From: an uncultured Gammaproteobacteria bacterium
GTDB lineage: Bacteria > Pseudomonadota > Gammaproteobacteria > CAWCPV01
DNA: 64,000 nt
Reading direction: 5' to 3'
NCBI GenBank assembly: GCA_963797555.1
Contig: CAWCPV010000007.1
Coordinates: forward strand, 128,001-192,000
Part shown: positions 21,241 to 32,186 of the stretch, one piece after another
How the letters are laid out: every line of letters starts with the position of its first letter
How positions within the stretch are numbered: position 1 is the stretch's first letter
Position numbers and translations under genes: made by a program
The notes under the pieces: generated by a model
Database searches by the model: none
Told to the model about the DNA's origin: nothing
What the model saw: the letters and a program-made list of their open reading frames with translations, nothing else

Positions 21241-21874
21241 AGGCATTGATGTCGCTGTAAAAGTGCTTTGCCACGAGTTCTGCCGTCTGGTCATCGTAGT
21301 ACCTTCGATATGCTTGGCGATCCCTTGCTCTGCGCCTGTGCGGGAGCTGACGCGGCGCAATGCCGATGCGCCGGCATGCCTCGTCGAAATCCTCCTGCAG
21401 GTTCTCGTACCTCCCCACGTAATCCACGATGATTTCCCCGGACAGGTCCCGCACGTAATCCGATTGCAACTCCATGGAGGTGTCGACGATGTAATGGTAG
21501 GGGCGTTCCTTGTCGAGCTTCCAGCGGATGAAGGAAGGGAAGTCTTCTATCGCTGTCATCAAGTGGGGGCGTTCCCGCTGGATGTGGTGGTATGAGCTGA
21601 CCTGCAAGTCCCAAGGGTTGCGTACAAAGGCGAACTTGAATAGCTCTTGGAACAGCTCCCGGGGAAGCATCTCCTTGGCCGCGATCACCTTGGCGTGGCG
21701 CGGGAACCTGACGCCCAGGCGGTGTCCGGTCATAGCGCTCAGCCGACTGCAGATCAAGCGCGAAATACGATGGCGGTCCTTCCAACGTTCCCACTGGAGT
21801 GCCCGGCGAATGCTGGTCCCCCCGGTCTTGGCGATGTGCACGAACAGGAACCGATGGCGGTAACAGAGCAGCAT
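21224..21874 (-). CDS. Sulfotransferase family 2 domain protein
   Basis: FVHIAKTGGTS (5'-PSB) and FVRNPWDLQVSSY (3'-PB), VGRYENL..DF. Confidence 0.88.
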   Translation of the reverse strand: MLLCYRHRFLFVHIAKTGGTSIRRALQWERWKDRHRISRLICSRLSAMTGHRLGVRFPRHAKVIAAKEMLPRELFQELFKFAFVRNPWDLQVSSYHHIQRERPHLMTAIEDFPSFIRWKLDKERPYHYIVDTSMELQSDYVRDLSGEIIVDYVGRYENLQEDFDEACRRIGIAPRQLPHRRRARDRQAYRRYYDDQTAELVAKHFYSDINAFGYSF

Positions 21875-21903
21875 GCAAGTCTTGTCGGGAAGATCAGACC
21901 TCA

Positions 21904-22110
21904 GAGCGTGAGAATAAATCTGCGCGTGTCCCGATAACGGTGTTGGCGGTGTTCATGATGCACCTCCCTGTACCCCTTTGGGGCATCGCGGACCTGCCGA
22001 ATGGCTATCCTGCCATTCGGTCGCTCCTCGCCTATCTAGTTGATATGTGGCGTTGCTGCGCTCTGTGCATCTTCCTCGCGGGCCGCTCGCGACGATTTCT
22101 TCAAGACCTC
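21904..22110. mobile_element. MITE-like repeat, copy 1 (207 bp, with ~66-bp internal insert)
   Basis: Aligns with reverse complement of 62748-62888; flanked by TCA on both sides (21901-21903, 22111-22113). Confidence 0.8.
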
Positions 22111-22127
22111 TCAGGCTCGACCGCTCT

Positions 22128-23271
22128 TCACTGCTTCGCGGTCAACCCGAGCACCTCGAGGTAGGCCAGCGCGCTGGACTCCGACCGGTAGGGCCCGACT
22201 GCCTGACGGAGAAATTCAGCGGCGGGCGGATTTTCCAGCGTGGCCTCTATGGCGTCAGCCAGGGCCATGGCATCACCCACTGGCACGAGGCGTCCGAACC
22301 GGCCCCCCTGGAGTATCTCGCGCGGTCCGCTGGGACAATCCGTAGAGACGACCGGGATGCCGAGTGCCAGAGCCTCGGTCAGAACGTTCGGGGAGCCCTC
22401 CCACGCAGAAGACAGCACAAACAGGGCGGAACCGGCCATGTAGGCGTAGGGATTCCCGACAAATCCCGGCAATGAGAACGTCTTCGGCAATGCCCAAGCG
22501 ACGTGCCAGAGACTCGAGGCCAGAGCGGTCATGGCCCTCGCCAAGGATGATCAGACGACAGCGCCGCATGGCCCGCACCCGCGCAAAAGCGTGCAGCAGA
22601 GTGGGGAAGTCTTTCTGACGGGTCAACCTGCCGGCTCCCAGGACGAGAGGAGGCTTACCCGGCCGAAGCCAGGGATGGTCGGATTCCTGCCGCGCTGAGG
22701 CGAGGATCTCGGGCGTAACTACCGGGTTGCGTACGACCAGGATGCGCTCCCGCGGCAGACCGGTGATCCGGGCAGTGTCGGCTGCAACGCCTTCGGAGAC
22801 CGCAATGATGTTGTCGGTCCACCGATAAAACAGGCGCATGGGCAGATAGCGAGACCAGCGAGCTGCCGCGCCTTTGCCTTTCAGGGAAGCGGAGAGATGC
22901 GTGCCAAGGCGGATGGTGACGGGGGTATCGACCCCGCTCAGGCGCCTGGCGATCAGGGCCGCCCGGCCCGCTCGATCCTTGACCGCAAGGAGAGCCTTTG
23001 GACGATGGCGGCGCAGATACCGCACCAGTTTCGGGATGCTGGTGATGGCGTGTCGGCGGCCCAACGGCACGACATTGACTTGCGGCGGTATGGCCTTCAG
23101 ATGGGCACTTTGAGCCCGCACCAACAGCAGATCCACGGGGACCGCGAGGCGAGCGAGCTCCCGGAGCAAGTTCGCGACCATACGTTCTACCCCACCGGAC
23201 CCAGAGAAGGAAACGAGGACGGCCAGCCGTTGGCGTTCGGAGAGCGAGTCGGGAGAGCTTGCCGTCGTCAA
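22128..23271 (-). CDS. GT4 glycosyltransferase (apparent frameshift at ~22478)
   Basis: [19 protein letters not shown], then [29 protein letters not shown] in next frame. Confidence 0.88.
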
Positions 23272-23526
23272 TGTGCGCGATCGACTAATCGGGTGCTGAG
23301 CCTACGATTGCTCCTGGAAAACGCCCAGGACCCTCAAGGGGTTCTCTGAACGCTCCATGGTCCTGATCGGCGGGGAGAAGGTATACTCGGCAGCTTCCGC
23401 GACGCGAGCACGCCCGTCGCTGGCGGCCGAAAAGGTTTTGTCCGAACAGGCGATGTCAAAGGTCTCCGCAACGTCCATCCCCGGCACTCAGCACATTATA
23501 CAGGTCCGGCGTATGCTGCCGACGCG

Positions 23527-24687
23527 TCAGGTGGCACGGCCTGCGAGCCCCATCGCTTGCAGATAAGCAGACGTGGCCCGTTCGATCTCGTAGGGTAGCG
23601 CGGCCTCCCTCAGGAGAGACCTCGGGAGTGGATCATCTAGGGTCTCCAGGATGGCGCGCGCTATGGCGTCGGAGTCGCCTACGGTTACCAGGGCTCCGTA
23701 CCGGCCGTCCCCAAGTATCTCGCGGGGTCCGCTCGGGCAATCGGTCGAAACGACCGCAGTGCCGAGTGCGAGTGCTTCGATAAGCACCATCCCGAGGCCT
23801 TCCCACTTGGAGGTGAGCGCGAGGAGCTTTGCATGGGCCATGTACGGATACGGGTTCGACTGAAATCCCGGTAGGTCGAAGTCGTCGGCAACGCCGAGTG
23901 CCCGAGCCAGCGCTTGGAGTCGGGGTCTATCCCTGCCCTCTCCCAAGATAAGCAGGCGGCAGAGCCGCTCGCGGCGTACCCGTGCGAACGCGTGCAACAG
24001 CGTCTCGAAGTCCTTCCTCGCGCTCAGCTCACCGACCCCTAGGATGACCGCTGGCTGGCCCGCCCCGAACCATGAGTGCGGGGGCAGGGGCTGCTCCGTG
24101 TCAAAAAGGGTGCGGGGAACGACGGGGCTCGGCACCACGGCGATCCGGGATAGGTCTAGGCCAGTATACTGCGCCATGTCGGTGGCGACGCCGTGCGAGG
24201 GAACCGCGATGGTGTCCGCGTACCGATACAGATGGCCCATGGAGATCCTCTGCATCCAGCGATCGAGTGGGCGCCGGCTGGCGAGATCCCGGGATACCGT
24301 CGTGCCCGAGCGCAGCACCAGGTGGGTGCGCGTGCGGGCCAGGGCCCTTGCCAACAGGGCGACGCGGTTGACCCTGTCCTTGTCCGACAGCATAGCTGTC
24401 GGGTGTTCCCGCCTCAGGTAGCGCACCACGGCCATCAAGGCCGTATAGACGTGGGAGGTCCCCAGGTCTATGACGCGAACGGCCGGGCCGTCGATCGCCG
24501 GGCCGTGCTGGCGAACGTGCAGCAGGTCTACCGAGTAGCCACGTCGCGCGATGGCCGGAAGCAGGTGCTGCGCAATCCGGTCCACGCCGCTGTGTCCGGA
24601 AGTCGCAAGGAAGAAGGACACGGTTTTATCAGTACGCGGCGGGAAACGGTTGCGGGGTGTTCCCCGGATGGGGTACGGGTCAGACAA
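23527..24687 (-). CDS. GT4 glycosyltransferase
   Basis: SGHSGVDR, GVGELSARKDF, TSKWEGLGMVLIEALALG; probable TTG start overlapping asnB stop. Confidence 0.85.
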   Translation of the reverse strand: MSDPYPIRGTPRNRFPPRTDKTVSFFLATSGHSGVDRIAQHLLPAIARRGYSVDLLHVRQHGPAIDGPAVRVIDLGTSHVYTALMAVVRYLRREHPTAMLSDKDRVNRVALLARALARTRTHLVLRSGTTVSRDLASRRPLDRWMQRISMGHLYRYADTIAVPSHGVATDMAQYTGLDLSRIAVVPSPVVPRTLFDTEQPLPPHSWFGAGQPAVILGVGELSARKDFETLLHAFARVRRERLCRLLILGEGRDRPRLQALARALGVADDFDLPGFQSNPYPYMAHAKLLALTSKWEGLGMVLIEALALGTAVVSTDCPSGPREILGDGRYGALVTVGDSDAIARAILETLDDPLPRSLLREAALPYEIERATSAYLQAMGLAGRAT

Positions 24688-26496
24688 TCCAGGACAATGG
24701 GTCTTCGTCCGGGGTCGGCAGGACACCGGGGCTGTCGATGAACAGGCGATGCCAGATGGCGAATTGCAGCAGGGACCAGATCTCCCGGGAAACCGGGTGT
24801 CCTGCCCGCTGGGCTTCGAGCATCTCTCGCACCCCCTGAGGGCAGAACCAGGCCTGGATGGCGGGGTGGCGAGGAAGGTGGGCGATGAATGGTCGAGCAC
24901 CGGGCCGCGCAGCCACTCTCCCACAGGGACGTGGAAGCCGCGCTTTCTGCGGCGCAGGTGGCCACGCGGCAGCATTGGCTGGGCCCAGGCTTTCAGAAGA
25001 ACCTTGCCATGCCGGGAGCGCACCTTGAGCTGGTCGGGGAGTGATAGTCCGAACTCGAGGATGCGATGGTCGAGAAAGGGGACGCGGCCTTCGACGCCGA
25101 AGGCCATGAGCATCCGGTCCACCTTGACCAGCAAGTTATCAGGAAGGGCTGTCCGGATGTCGACATACTGCCTGCGCTGCAGAGCGCTCCAGCCTTCCGG
25201 GCAGGACTGCCACGCCTCTATGAAGGGTAGCCGCGCCGCTGCCCGGGCGGCGGCGAGCTCTGGCCCGAAGACCCGGCTGATCCAGCGGCGCTGCCATCGG
25301 CTGCGGGTACGGAAGCCGCCCGACCCCGGCGCCGTGAGATTCTTGAGCCAAGACTTGGCCGGCGATGCGCGGTAGCGCCCATAGCCGGCGAAGACTTCGT
25401 CCCCACCTTCCCCCGTAAAGACCACTTTTAGCTCCTGACCAGCGCGTTCCGCGAGGATGGACATCGGCAGACACGCATAGTCCAACATGAGGTCGTCGGC
25501 CGCCCACACCGTATGCGGGAGATGACGGAACAGGCTGCGCAGGTCGAGGGTGAGAGGAGTGTGACGGGCGTTGAAGTGCCGGGCAATGCGGTCCGCGTCG
25601 GCCAGCTCGTCCTTCATCTCCACCCCGGTGTAGCCCACCGAGAAGGTCTGAATGGGCCGCTCCTGGGCGCGCGTAAGCAACGCCAAGAGGGCCGCGGAGT
25701 CAGCGCCTCCCGACAGGAACAATCCGTATGGAACGTCGGAGCGCAGGTGCTCGCGCATGACGACATTCATCAACTCGTCGAAGGTCTCCCGAGCGTCCTC
25801 GAAGCAATAGCGCTGAGGCGCGACGTCCAGGGCCGACCAGTAGCGCCAGGCCTCCATCTGCAGATCGGCCCGGATGGCGATCGCCTCGCCCGGGAGGACC
25901 CGGTGGATGCCCTGGAGGATGGTCTCCCGACCCGTGTGGAACTGGTTATGGAGGAACTGGGCCAGAGCGCCCGGGTGGATCTGCGGTGTGCGCGGGAGCT
26001 GCGGCAGAAGGGCCTTGATCTCCGAACCGAATACGATTCGGTCGGGCAGGACCGCGTAGTAAAGTGGCTTGATACCCAGCCGGTCACGGGCCAGGACCAA
26101 CTCCTTGCGCGCACGGTCGTAGAGGGCGAACGCGAACATTCCGTGCAGATGACCTAGGAACTGGCGCCCGTACAAGGCATAGGCGTGGAGGATGGTCTCG
26201 CTGTCGGAGCGGGTGGCGAAGCGGTAGCCGCTGTGTTGCAGTTCGGCCATCAGCTCGACGTAGTTGTAGACCTCGCCGTTCGCCACTAGGGCCAGCCTGG
26301 CCCCGTCGGCGAGGAGTGGCTGGTGTCCTCCACCAACGTCGATAATGGACAGGCGAGTATGGGCAAGACCAACTGGCCCATCGGTGTGGATGCCCACATC
26401 ATCGGGCCCTCGATGACGGAGCAGGTCGCCCATGCGCCGCAGCTCATCGTCACGCGCCGCGCCCGCCCGCAGATAGATGCCAGCGATACCACACAT
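24680..26496 (-). CDS. asnB: Asparagine synthase (glutamine-hydrolysing)-like amidotransferase (apparent frameshift at ~24890)
   Basis: MCGIAG, HRGPD, NGEVYNY, RDRLGIKPL, LSGGADS, GEGGDEVFAGY, RVPFLD; real C-terminus in ORF 24680-24916 (IWSLLQFAIWHR). Confidence 0.9.
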
Positions 26497-26665
26497 CTCG
26501 ATTACCCGTCAGGCGGCCGTTGCCCCTCTTGCCGCAGCGCTGCTCCCGGTCGCTCCCGCTGGCGAGTCAAGGGACAGACGCTCCACGCGCGCGGACCTCA
26601 CGACGCTCGTGTGCTCGGGGACGAGGGGGAAGAAGGAGGTGACGGTAGAGATTCTGCAGGCCCGC

Positions 26666-27812
26666 TCAATTCCGCTGGCTCCGGCTGTTGGCAGAGAGCC
26701 CGAGGGCAAGCAGGTACTCTTGGCTACTCGCCTCCAGGGTGTACCTACGCGCGGCAGACTGCAGCAAATCGCGCGGGCGTGAGTCAGCCAGGGCGGCGAG
26801 CATGGCTTGCGCCATGGCGGTAGGGTCCCCGACCGGCACCAGCCGACCGAAGCGGCCGTCCCCCAGGATCTCTCGCGGTCCGGTGGGACAGTCGGTGGAG
26901 ACCACGGGCAGCCCCAGGGCCAATGCCTCCACAAGGACGGCGCCGAAGCCCTCCCAGAGGGAGGACAGCACGAACAAATCGGCAGCGGCCATGTAGGGAT
27001 AAGGGTTGGGTTCGAAGCCCGGCAGCGAGAACGTCGCCCTGGACGCCGAGTTCCCGGCTGAGGGCTTCTAGACGCTGCCGCTGCCTGCCCTCGCCGAGGA
27101 TGATCAGACGGCAGGGCCGCTGGCGGCGCATTGCGGCAAAGGCCCGCAGCAGCGTCTGAAAGTCCTTCTGGCGCCGGAGGCCGCCGACCCCCAGTATCAC
27201 TGGCGTCTCCTTGTGAAGAAGCCAGGCATGAGGGAGCGGCGCGTTGGCCAGCCGCTCCAACTCCGGCGTTACGACAGGGTTCGGGACCACTCGGACGCGG
27301 TCACTCGGAAGACCGGTTATTCTCACTACATCCTCGGCGACGCCGCGCGAGACGGCGACAACGCCGTCCGCCCTGGCGTACATCCGACGGACCGCGCGTA
27401 ACTTGCGCCAGCGGTACAGCCCTCCCCGGCCACGCGCCTCGAGCCGGCCCGACAGGCTGGTTCCAGTGATCAGGACGCAGCGCACCGGAACCCCAGCCCA
27501 ACGCTTGGCGCGCAGCGAGAGGCGGTCGTCGCTGCCTTTCCCGGAAAGGACCACGTGCGGTCGCGCGGCTCGCAGGTAGCGAACTGTGGCGAGAAGCGCC
27601 CGCACGCCACGCGAGGAGCCGATCTCCAGCAGCCTGGCCTGCGGGGGCAGCGACGCCAGGGAACGAGCGGTGGCCTGCCGCACCACGAAGTCCACTGTGA
27701 CGCCGCGCTGGACCATGCCGCCGGCCAGGTTCACCAGCATGCGTTCCACACCACCGTCACCGAAGGAGGGTATGAAGACGCAAAGCCTGTATGGGGGCTC
27801 ACGGCTGTCCAT
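26666..27812 (-). CDS. GT4 glycosyltransferase (apparent frameshift at ~27031)
   Basis: [19 protein letters not shown], then [19 protein letters not shown] in next frame. Confidence 0.88.
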
Positions 27813-28059
27813 TGCGCTCCCCGGAACCGTCAGAGCGCGGGCTGACGCCCGGGTACTCGCGGATACGGATCTCGCCGCCGAGGCTCTGCAGTGCCTGGCG
27901 CTGACTTCCCTGGTTCAACAGGACCAGCCGACCGCGCCGTTCCGGGCGGCCCACCCCCAACGGTGCCGGGGCTCGCCGACGGGAACCCAGCGGTGGGCCG
28001 CGCGCTCGCGCGACACCGCGTAGATCCGGACTGACGAGGGGTTTGCCCATGATCTGGAT

Positions 28060-28374
28060 TCATCGCTCGGGTGCATTGAACAGGATGGCTAAGTCATCTG
28101 CCACCTCACGGGAGACGGGTCTGAGGTCGTCGTTTTGCGGGTAGTAGTGGTGCACGTAACGGTATTGTGACCGCCTCTTGGCCCCGAGTACACTTACAAA
28201 TTTATGCGCAGGCGGGTGTCCGCAGCGGAGTAGACTCGTTGTGCCGCGGCCAAGGCGGCGAGCCCGCAAGGCCGCGACTTTGGCGAGGATGCGGGACGCG
28301 AGCGGCCCTTCCGGTAAGTAGCGGCGCTCTGCGGCCCACCGATCGGCGAAAGCATTGACGAGATCGATGCGCAT
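28060..28374 (-). CDS. Hypothetical protein or gene fragment
   Basis: 104-aa ORF in operon direction with protein-like composition; no family recognised. Confidence 0.3.
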   Translation of the reverse strand: MRIDLVNAFADRWAAERRYLPEGPLASRILAKVAALRARRLGRGTTSLLRCGHPPAHKFVSVLGAKRRSQYRYVHHYYPQNDDLRPVSREVADDLAILFNAPER

Positions 28375-28487
28375 CTTCCCGCTGCCGACCGGGGAGCCGG
28401 GCAGTCCACCAGGACTGCGAAGCGCCTCGGGTACGGGTCGCGGCCGAGCTGCCGTAGGCTGGAGAGCGTCGTTTTGGAACTGGACCG

Positions 28488-29996
28488 GTGCGCAAGCGTG
28501 TGCCAGCGCGTGCGCCGAATTATACCCGATTCCGTATCTTTCCCACTGACCGCATCGTTACGAGCGTCGACCCGGCTGCGCCCTCGCCGGGCTCCGCGCT
28601 TTCACCAGGGAGCAGGCAGTTACCCCGTCCGGCGGAGAAAATCGTGGCCTTAGGGGTGTCCCCGCCGGAGCGGGTCGTGCCACGAGTGGCCCATGCGGCC
28701 TTGCTGGGGTTTGCCCTGACGGCCTGGATCAGCACGCCCGTAGCCAGCGTCTGCCTGGCCTTGCTATCGATCACCTTCGTGGCGGACAGGGACACGCCCT
28801 GGCGGGACCTTCAGCGGGATCCCATGATGGTGCTATTCGCGGTCTCTCTTGTGTATCTTTCGGCGCGAACACTCTGGGGGGTCTTGGAGTGGCCGGAGAC
28901 GGTGCACAAACAGGTGGGGGAGTCCCTGGACTGGTCCAAGCTCTGGGTGTTTTTGCTGGTGGCGTGGTGGCTGCGCGGCGAAGTGCGCGGGATCCTGCAG
29001 GTAATGGGGTTGGCGCTGGTGGGGCTGCTCGTAGGCACGGCGTCCAACCTGAACCCACAGAAGCTAGGGGACGTGCTGGCCGGGCTCCGGCCCCATCTGG
29101 AGTTCCCCGCGCTCGGCTTCGGACTGTACACCGCCACCGCGGTCCTGGGCGTGTTGCTGTTCGCCACGCGCATATGGGGCACGACGCAGCGGCCGGGGCG
29201 CTTCGCCGCTAGAGTGGCAGCCTGGCTCGCGGTCCTGGTTGTCTTGGTCCAGGGGGTGATCACCTCGCAGTCGCGGGCTACCTGGATCGCGGTCCTCGTC
29301 GTATTTCCGCCGCTGCTGGTGTTGAGAGTAGTTCCCTGGCTGCGGGCGCCGGGGAAGGGGCGTGGGCCGCGGACCCGCTGGCCGATCGTCTTGGCTGGGC
29401 TGGTCATTTTGGGGCTGGTCGGCGCGAATCTGGGACCCATCAAGCACCGGCTGCTGCAGGAGCGGTCGAGTATCCACGCGGTATTCTCGGGTCGTTGGCA
29501 GCAGCTTCCGCCCCAGGACTCGGTCAGTTATCGGGCGCATCTCTACCGGCTCGGGCTGGACCGCTGGCTAGAGCGACCCTTTTTCGGATGGGGTCCGGGA
29601 AGTGCTGCTCGCCTGATTCAGCAGAGCGATATCCCTGCCATTCGCCAGTTCAAGGAGTTTCACAATTCTTATCTGGATGTCCTGGTTCGCATGGGGCTTG
29701 TCGGTGCCTGTCTCATGGGGGTTGGGTTCTGGCTGTTGCTGAGGGCCTTGTGGCGCGCCCGCCGCGCAGGGTCGCTCCCGCTGGACGCTTTCTTGTGTTT
29801 AGGGGGCGCGTTCGCCCTCCTGGCGGTGTGGAGCGCCGGGGACTTTCGCATGGTGCACGCGGATTGGCGCTTCTATTGGGTCATCTTCGCGGGGTCGGCA
29901 TACACGTTTCAGCTGCGTACGAATGCGCACCCATCGACACCGACGCGGAGCGGGCACCGATTGCCAGGACGTGCGATTCGGCACGGCCAGACCTAG
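28488..29996 (+). CDS. O-antigen ligase (WaaL/Wzy_C) family membrane protein
   Basis: Many TM helices, SQSRATWI, PFFGWGPG, FHNSYLDVLVRMGLVG; true start probably later than 28488. Confidence 0.87.
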   Translation: MRKRVPARAPNYTRFRIFPTDRIVTSVDPAAPSPGSALSPGSRQLPRPAEKIVALGVSPPERVVPRVAHAALLGFALTAWISTPVASVCLALLSITFVADRDTPWRDLQRDPMMVLFAVSLVYLSARTLWGVLEWPETVHKQVGESLDWSKLWVFLLVAWWLRGEVRGILQVMGLALVGLLVGTASNLNPQKLGDVLAGLRPHLEFPALGFGLYTATAVLGVLLFATRIWGTTQRPGRFAARVAAWLAVLVVLVQGVITSQSRATWIAVLVVFPPLLVLRVVPWLRAPGKGRGPRTRWPIVLAGLVILGLVGANLGPIKHRLLQERSSIHAVFSGRWQQLPPQDSVSYRAHLYRLGLDRWLERPFFGWGPGSAARLIQQSDIPAIRQFKEFHNSYLDVLVRMGLVGACLMGVGFWLLLRALWRARRAGSLPLDAFLCLGGAFALLAVWSAGDFRMVHADWRFYWVIFAGSAYTFQLRTNAHPSTPTRSGHRLPGRAIRHGQT

Positions 29997-31078
29997 CGTC
30001 GGAGCACATCCTCGTAAACGTTCACGTTCCCCGCGACCATCCGCTCGATGGAGAACTCTCTCTCCGCGATCTGGCGTCCCGCCGCGCCCATAGAGCGGGC
30101 TCCAGCGGGATCCGCGAGGAGGCGCTGTATGGCGCTGGCGAGACCCTGGGAATCGCCGGGCGGGACCAAGTAGCCGTTCACGCCGTCATGCACGACCTCC
30201 GGGACCCCGCCCGCTCGGGCACCTGCAATAGGCACTCCGGAGGCCGCCGCCTGCAACAGGGAGACGCCTAGGCCCTCCGTGAGGGCGGCATGTGCCACCA
30301 AATCGAGACATGGGAGTACGCGATGCAGGTCTGAACGGAAGCCCGCGAGGCGTACGTACTCGGTGAGTGCGTTCGTCCTGCACAGCCGGCGTATCTCGCT
30401 CTCCAGGGGGCCTCGCCCGAACAGCAGGAACCGCACGGCGGGAAACCGGCTCGCCACGGCCGGCACAGCCTCCAGGACGTAGCGGTGACCTTTACGCTCG
30501 ATGAGTTGGGCGATGACACCCACGGCCCGTGTCTCCGGCGACAGTCCAAACTCCGCCTCGAACCATGCGCGCTCGCATGGAAAGTCATACGCGCCCGGGT
30601 CGACGGCGCTGTGCACGCATACCACGTGTCTCTCTGGGACACCCTCGCGCAGAAGCACCTGACGTATCGCCTGGGAAATGGCGATCACTCGGTCGTAGAG
30701 GCCGTATTTCCAGCGAGCCAGCCAGCCCGGTTCGGGGTTGTCGTTGCGGCGGCTATAGACACGTTTCATTCCCAGATGCCGTGCCACGATACCGCCCCAG
30801 AGGTCGGCCCCGAGGCGGCTGTGGACGTGCACGAGGTCCGGGCGTTCCCGTGCGATGAGTGCCCTGAGACGCAGCGGGAACAACGGGTCCAGGTCCCGGT
30901 GCAGAGGAATGGCGTGAACCGTATCGGCCGGGCCCACCGCGCGCGATGCGATGGCGCTTCCGCGGGGGCACACCAAAACGTTGTGGTACCCACGCGCCTT
31001 GAGGCCCTCTAGAAGGTACAGCACCTGCGCGGCTCCGCCATAGAGGTGCCTCCCCGCTTCGACATGCAGAACCTTCAC
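29993..31078 (-). CDS. GT4 glycosyltransferase
   Basis: YGGAAQV, AQLIERKGH, EGLGVSLLQAAASGVP. Confidence 0.9.
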   Translation of the reverse strand: MKVLHVEAGRHLYGGAAQVLYLLEGLKARGYHNVLVCPRGSAIASRAVGPADTVHAIPLHRDLDPLFPLRLRALIARERPDLVHVHSRLGADLWGGIVARHLGMKRVYSRRNDNPEPGWLARWKYGLYDRVIAISQAIRQVLLREGVPERHVVCVHSAVDPGAYDFPCERAWFEAEFGLSPETRAVGVIAQLIERKGHRYVLEAVPAVASRFPAVRFLLFGRGPLESEIRRLCRTNALTEYVRLAGFRSDLHRVLPCLDLVAHAALTEGLGVSLLQAAASGVPIAGARAGGVPEVVHDGVNGYLVPPGDSQGLASAIQRLLADPAGARSMGAAGRQIAEREFSIERMVAGNVNVYEDVLRR

Positions 31079-32169
31079 CCGCGCACTTCCGCCGCGGACA
31101 GAAGTCGCTGCGCCGTCGCCAACACCTGCTCTACATCGATACTACGCATGCACGTATAGGCGCCGTTGCAGGTTGGGTGCCGACGGCACGGAGAGCACGG
31201 TAGGCGGTGATACAGTACCGCGGCCTGCGGCATGGCCGGATCGAGGTAGGGGCGCGTCGAACCGAACAGTGCGAGCGTGGGGACTCCGAGGGCGATGCCC
31301 AGATGCGTTAGGCCAGTATCGACGCCTACCAGGAGCGAGGCCCCTCGGATGGTGGCTGCGGCCTGACCGATGGTTGTCCGCCCAGTCAAATCCTCGATAC
31401 AGGTAGGGGCTAACTCATGGATGCGCTGCGCTGCGGGGGTATCCGCACCTGAACCAAGGATGAGCGCCGGCAAGGACTGTGCCTGTGCCAGCCTTCTGGC
31501 GAGGTCCGCCCACCGTTCGTCCACCCAGTGTTTTTGGGGGCGGGTCGTGAAAGGGCAGAAGACTGCATAGCGAGCGCGGAGTCTGAGTGCCTTCAGACAG
31601 TCGCCGACCGCCTGCTCATCGTCGCGGCCGACGGCAACGTCCATGGGGAAGTCCCCCGGGGACAACTCAAGGTCCTTGGCCAAGCGGAAATATTCCGATC
31701 CGATACGCGGGTCATTGGGCGGGCGGTCGACCACCCGCGTCATCAGCAGCGCGCTCCCCTCTCTGGACCCCAAGCCGACGCGCTCGCCCGCTCCAGACAG
31801 GTACGCCCAGAGTGCGCTCTTCAGGAGCCCCTGGAGATCTAGGACGATGTCGAAACGCCGACGCCGAAGCTGCCGGGTGAAGTCTCGGACCTGCCGATAT
31901 AGCGCGGGCAGTCGCCGGGTCCGGGCTAGTTGGCGCCAGCGGTGCCGCGGCCACACGATGACCTCATCCAGAGCGCGGTTGTGTTTCAGCAGGTCCTGTG
32001 CGGGCGGCTCCACGAGCCAGGCGAGGTAGGCTTGGGGATGGGCGCGGCGCAAAACTGGTATCAGGGCCGAGGCCATCACCACGTCGCCGATGGCACTCAG
32101 CCGAATGATGAGGATCCTCGGAGAGGCCCCCGGCTTCGCGGCGGCAGCCGGATCGCTAGCTGGTCTCAT
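31075..32169 (-). CDS. GT9 LPS heptosyltransferase (WaaC/WaaF-like)
   Basis: ILIIRLSAIGDVV, DLQGLLKSA, VGVDTGLTHL...ALFGST. Confidence 0.9.
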   Translation of the reverse strand: MRPASDPAAAAKPGASPRILIIRLSAIGDVVMASALIPVLRRAHPQAYLAWLVEPPAQDLLKHNRALDEVIVWPRHRWRQLARTRRLPALYRQVRDFTRQLRRRRFDIVLDLQGLLKSALWAYLSGAGERVGLGSREGSALLMTRVVDRPPNDPRIGSEYFRLAKDLELSPGDFPMDVAVGRDDEQAVGDCLKALRLRARYAVFCPFTTRPQKHWVDERWADLARRLAQAQSLPALILGSGADTPAAQRIHELAPTCIEDLTGRTTIGQAAATIRGASLLVGVDTGLTHLGIALGVPTLALFGSTRPYLDPAMPQAAVLYHRLPCSPCRRHPTCNGAYTCMRSIDVEQVLATAQRLLSAAEVRG

Positions 32170-32186
32170 AGTGTACCCGATGGACT

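Noticed and set aside
23302-23487. 61-aa ORF between two GT4 genes
   Set aside because: No motif or clear RBS; cannot be distinguished from intergenic sequence
23527-26496. 989-aa AsnB-glycosyltransferase fusion
   Set aside because: The true AsnB C-terminus lies in another frame (24680-24916); one missing base near 24890 creates the fusion
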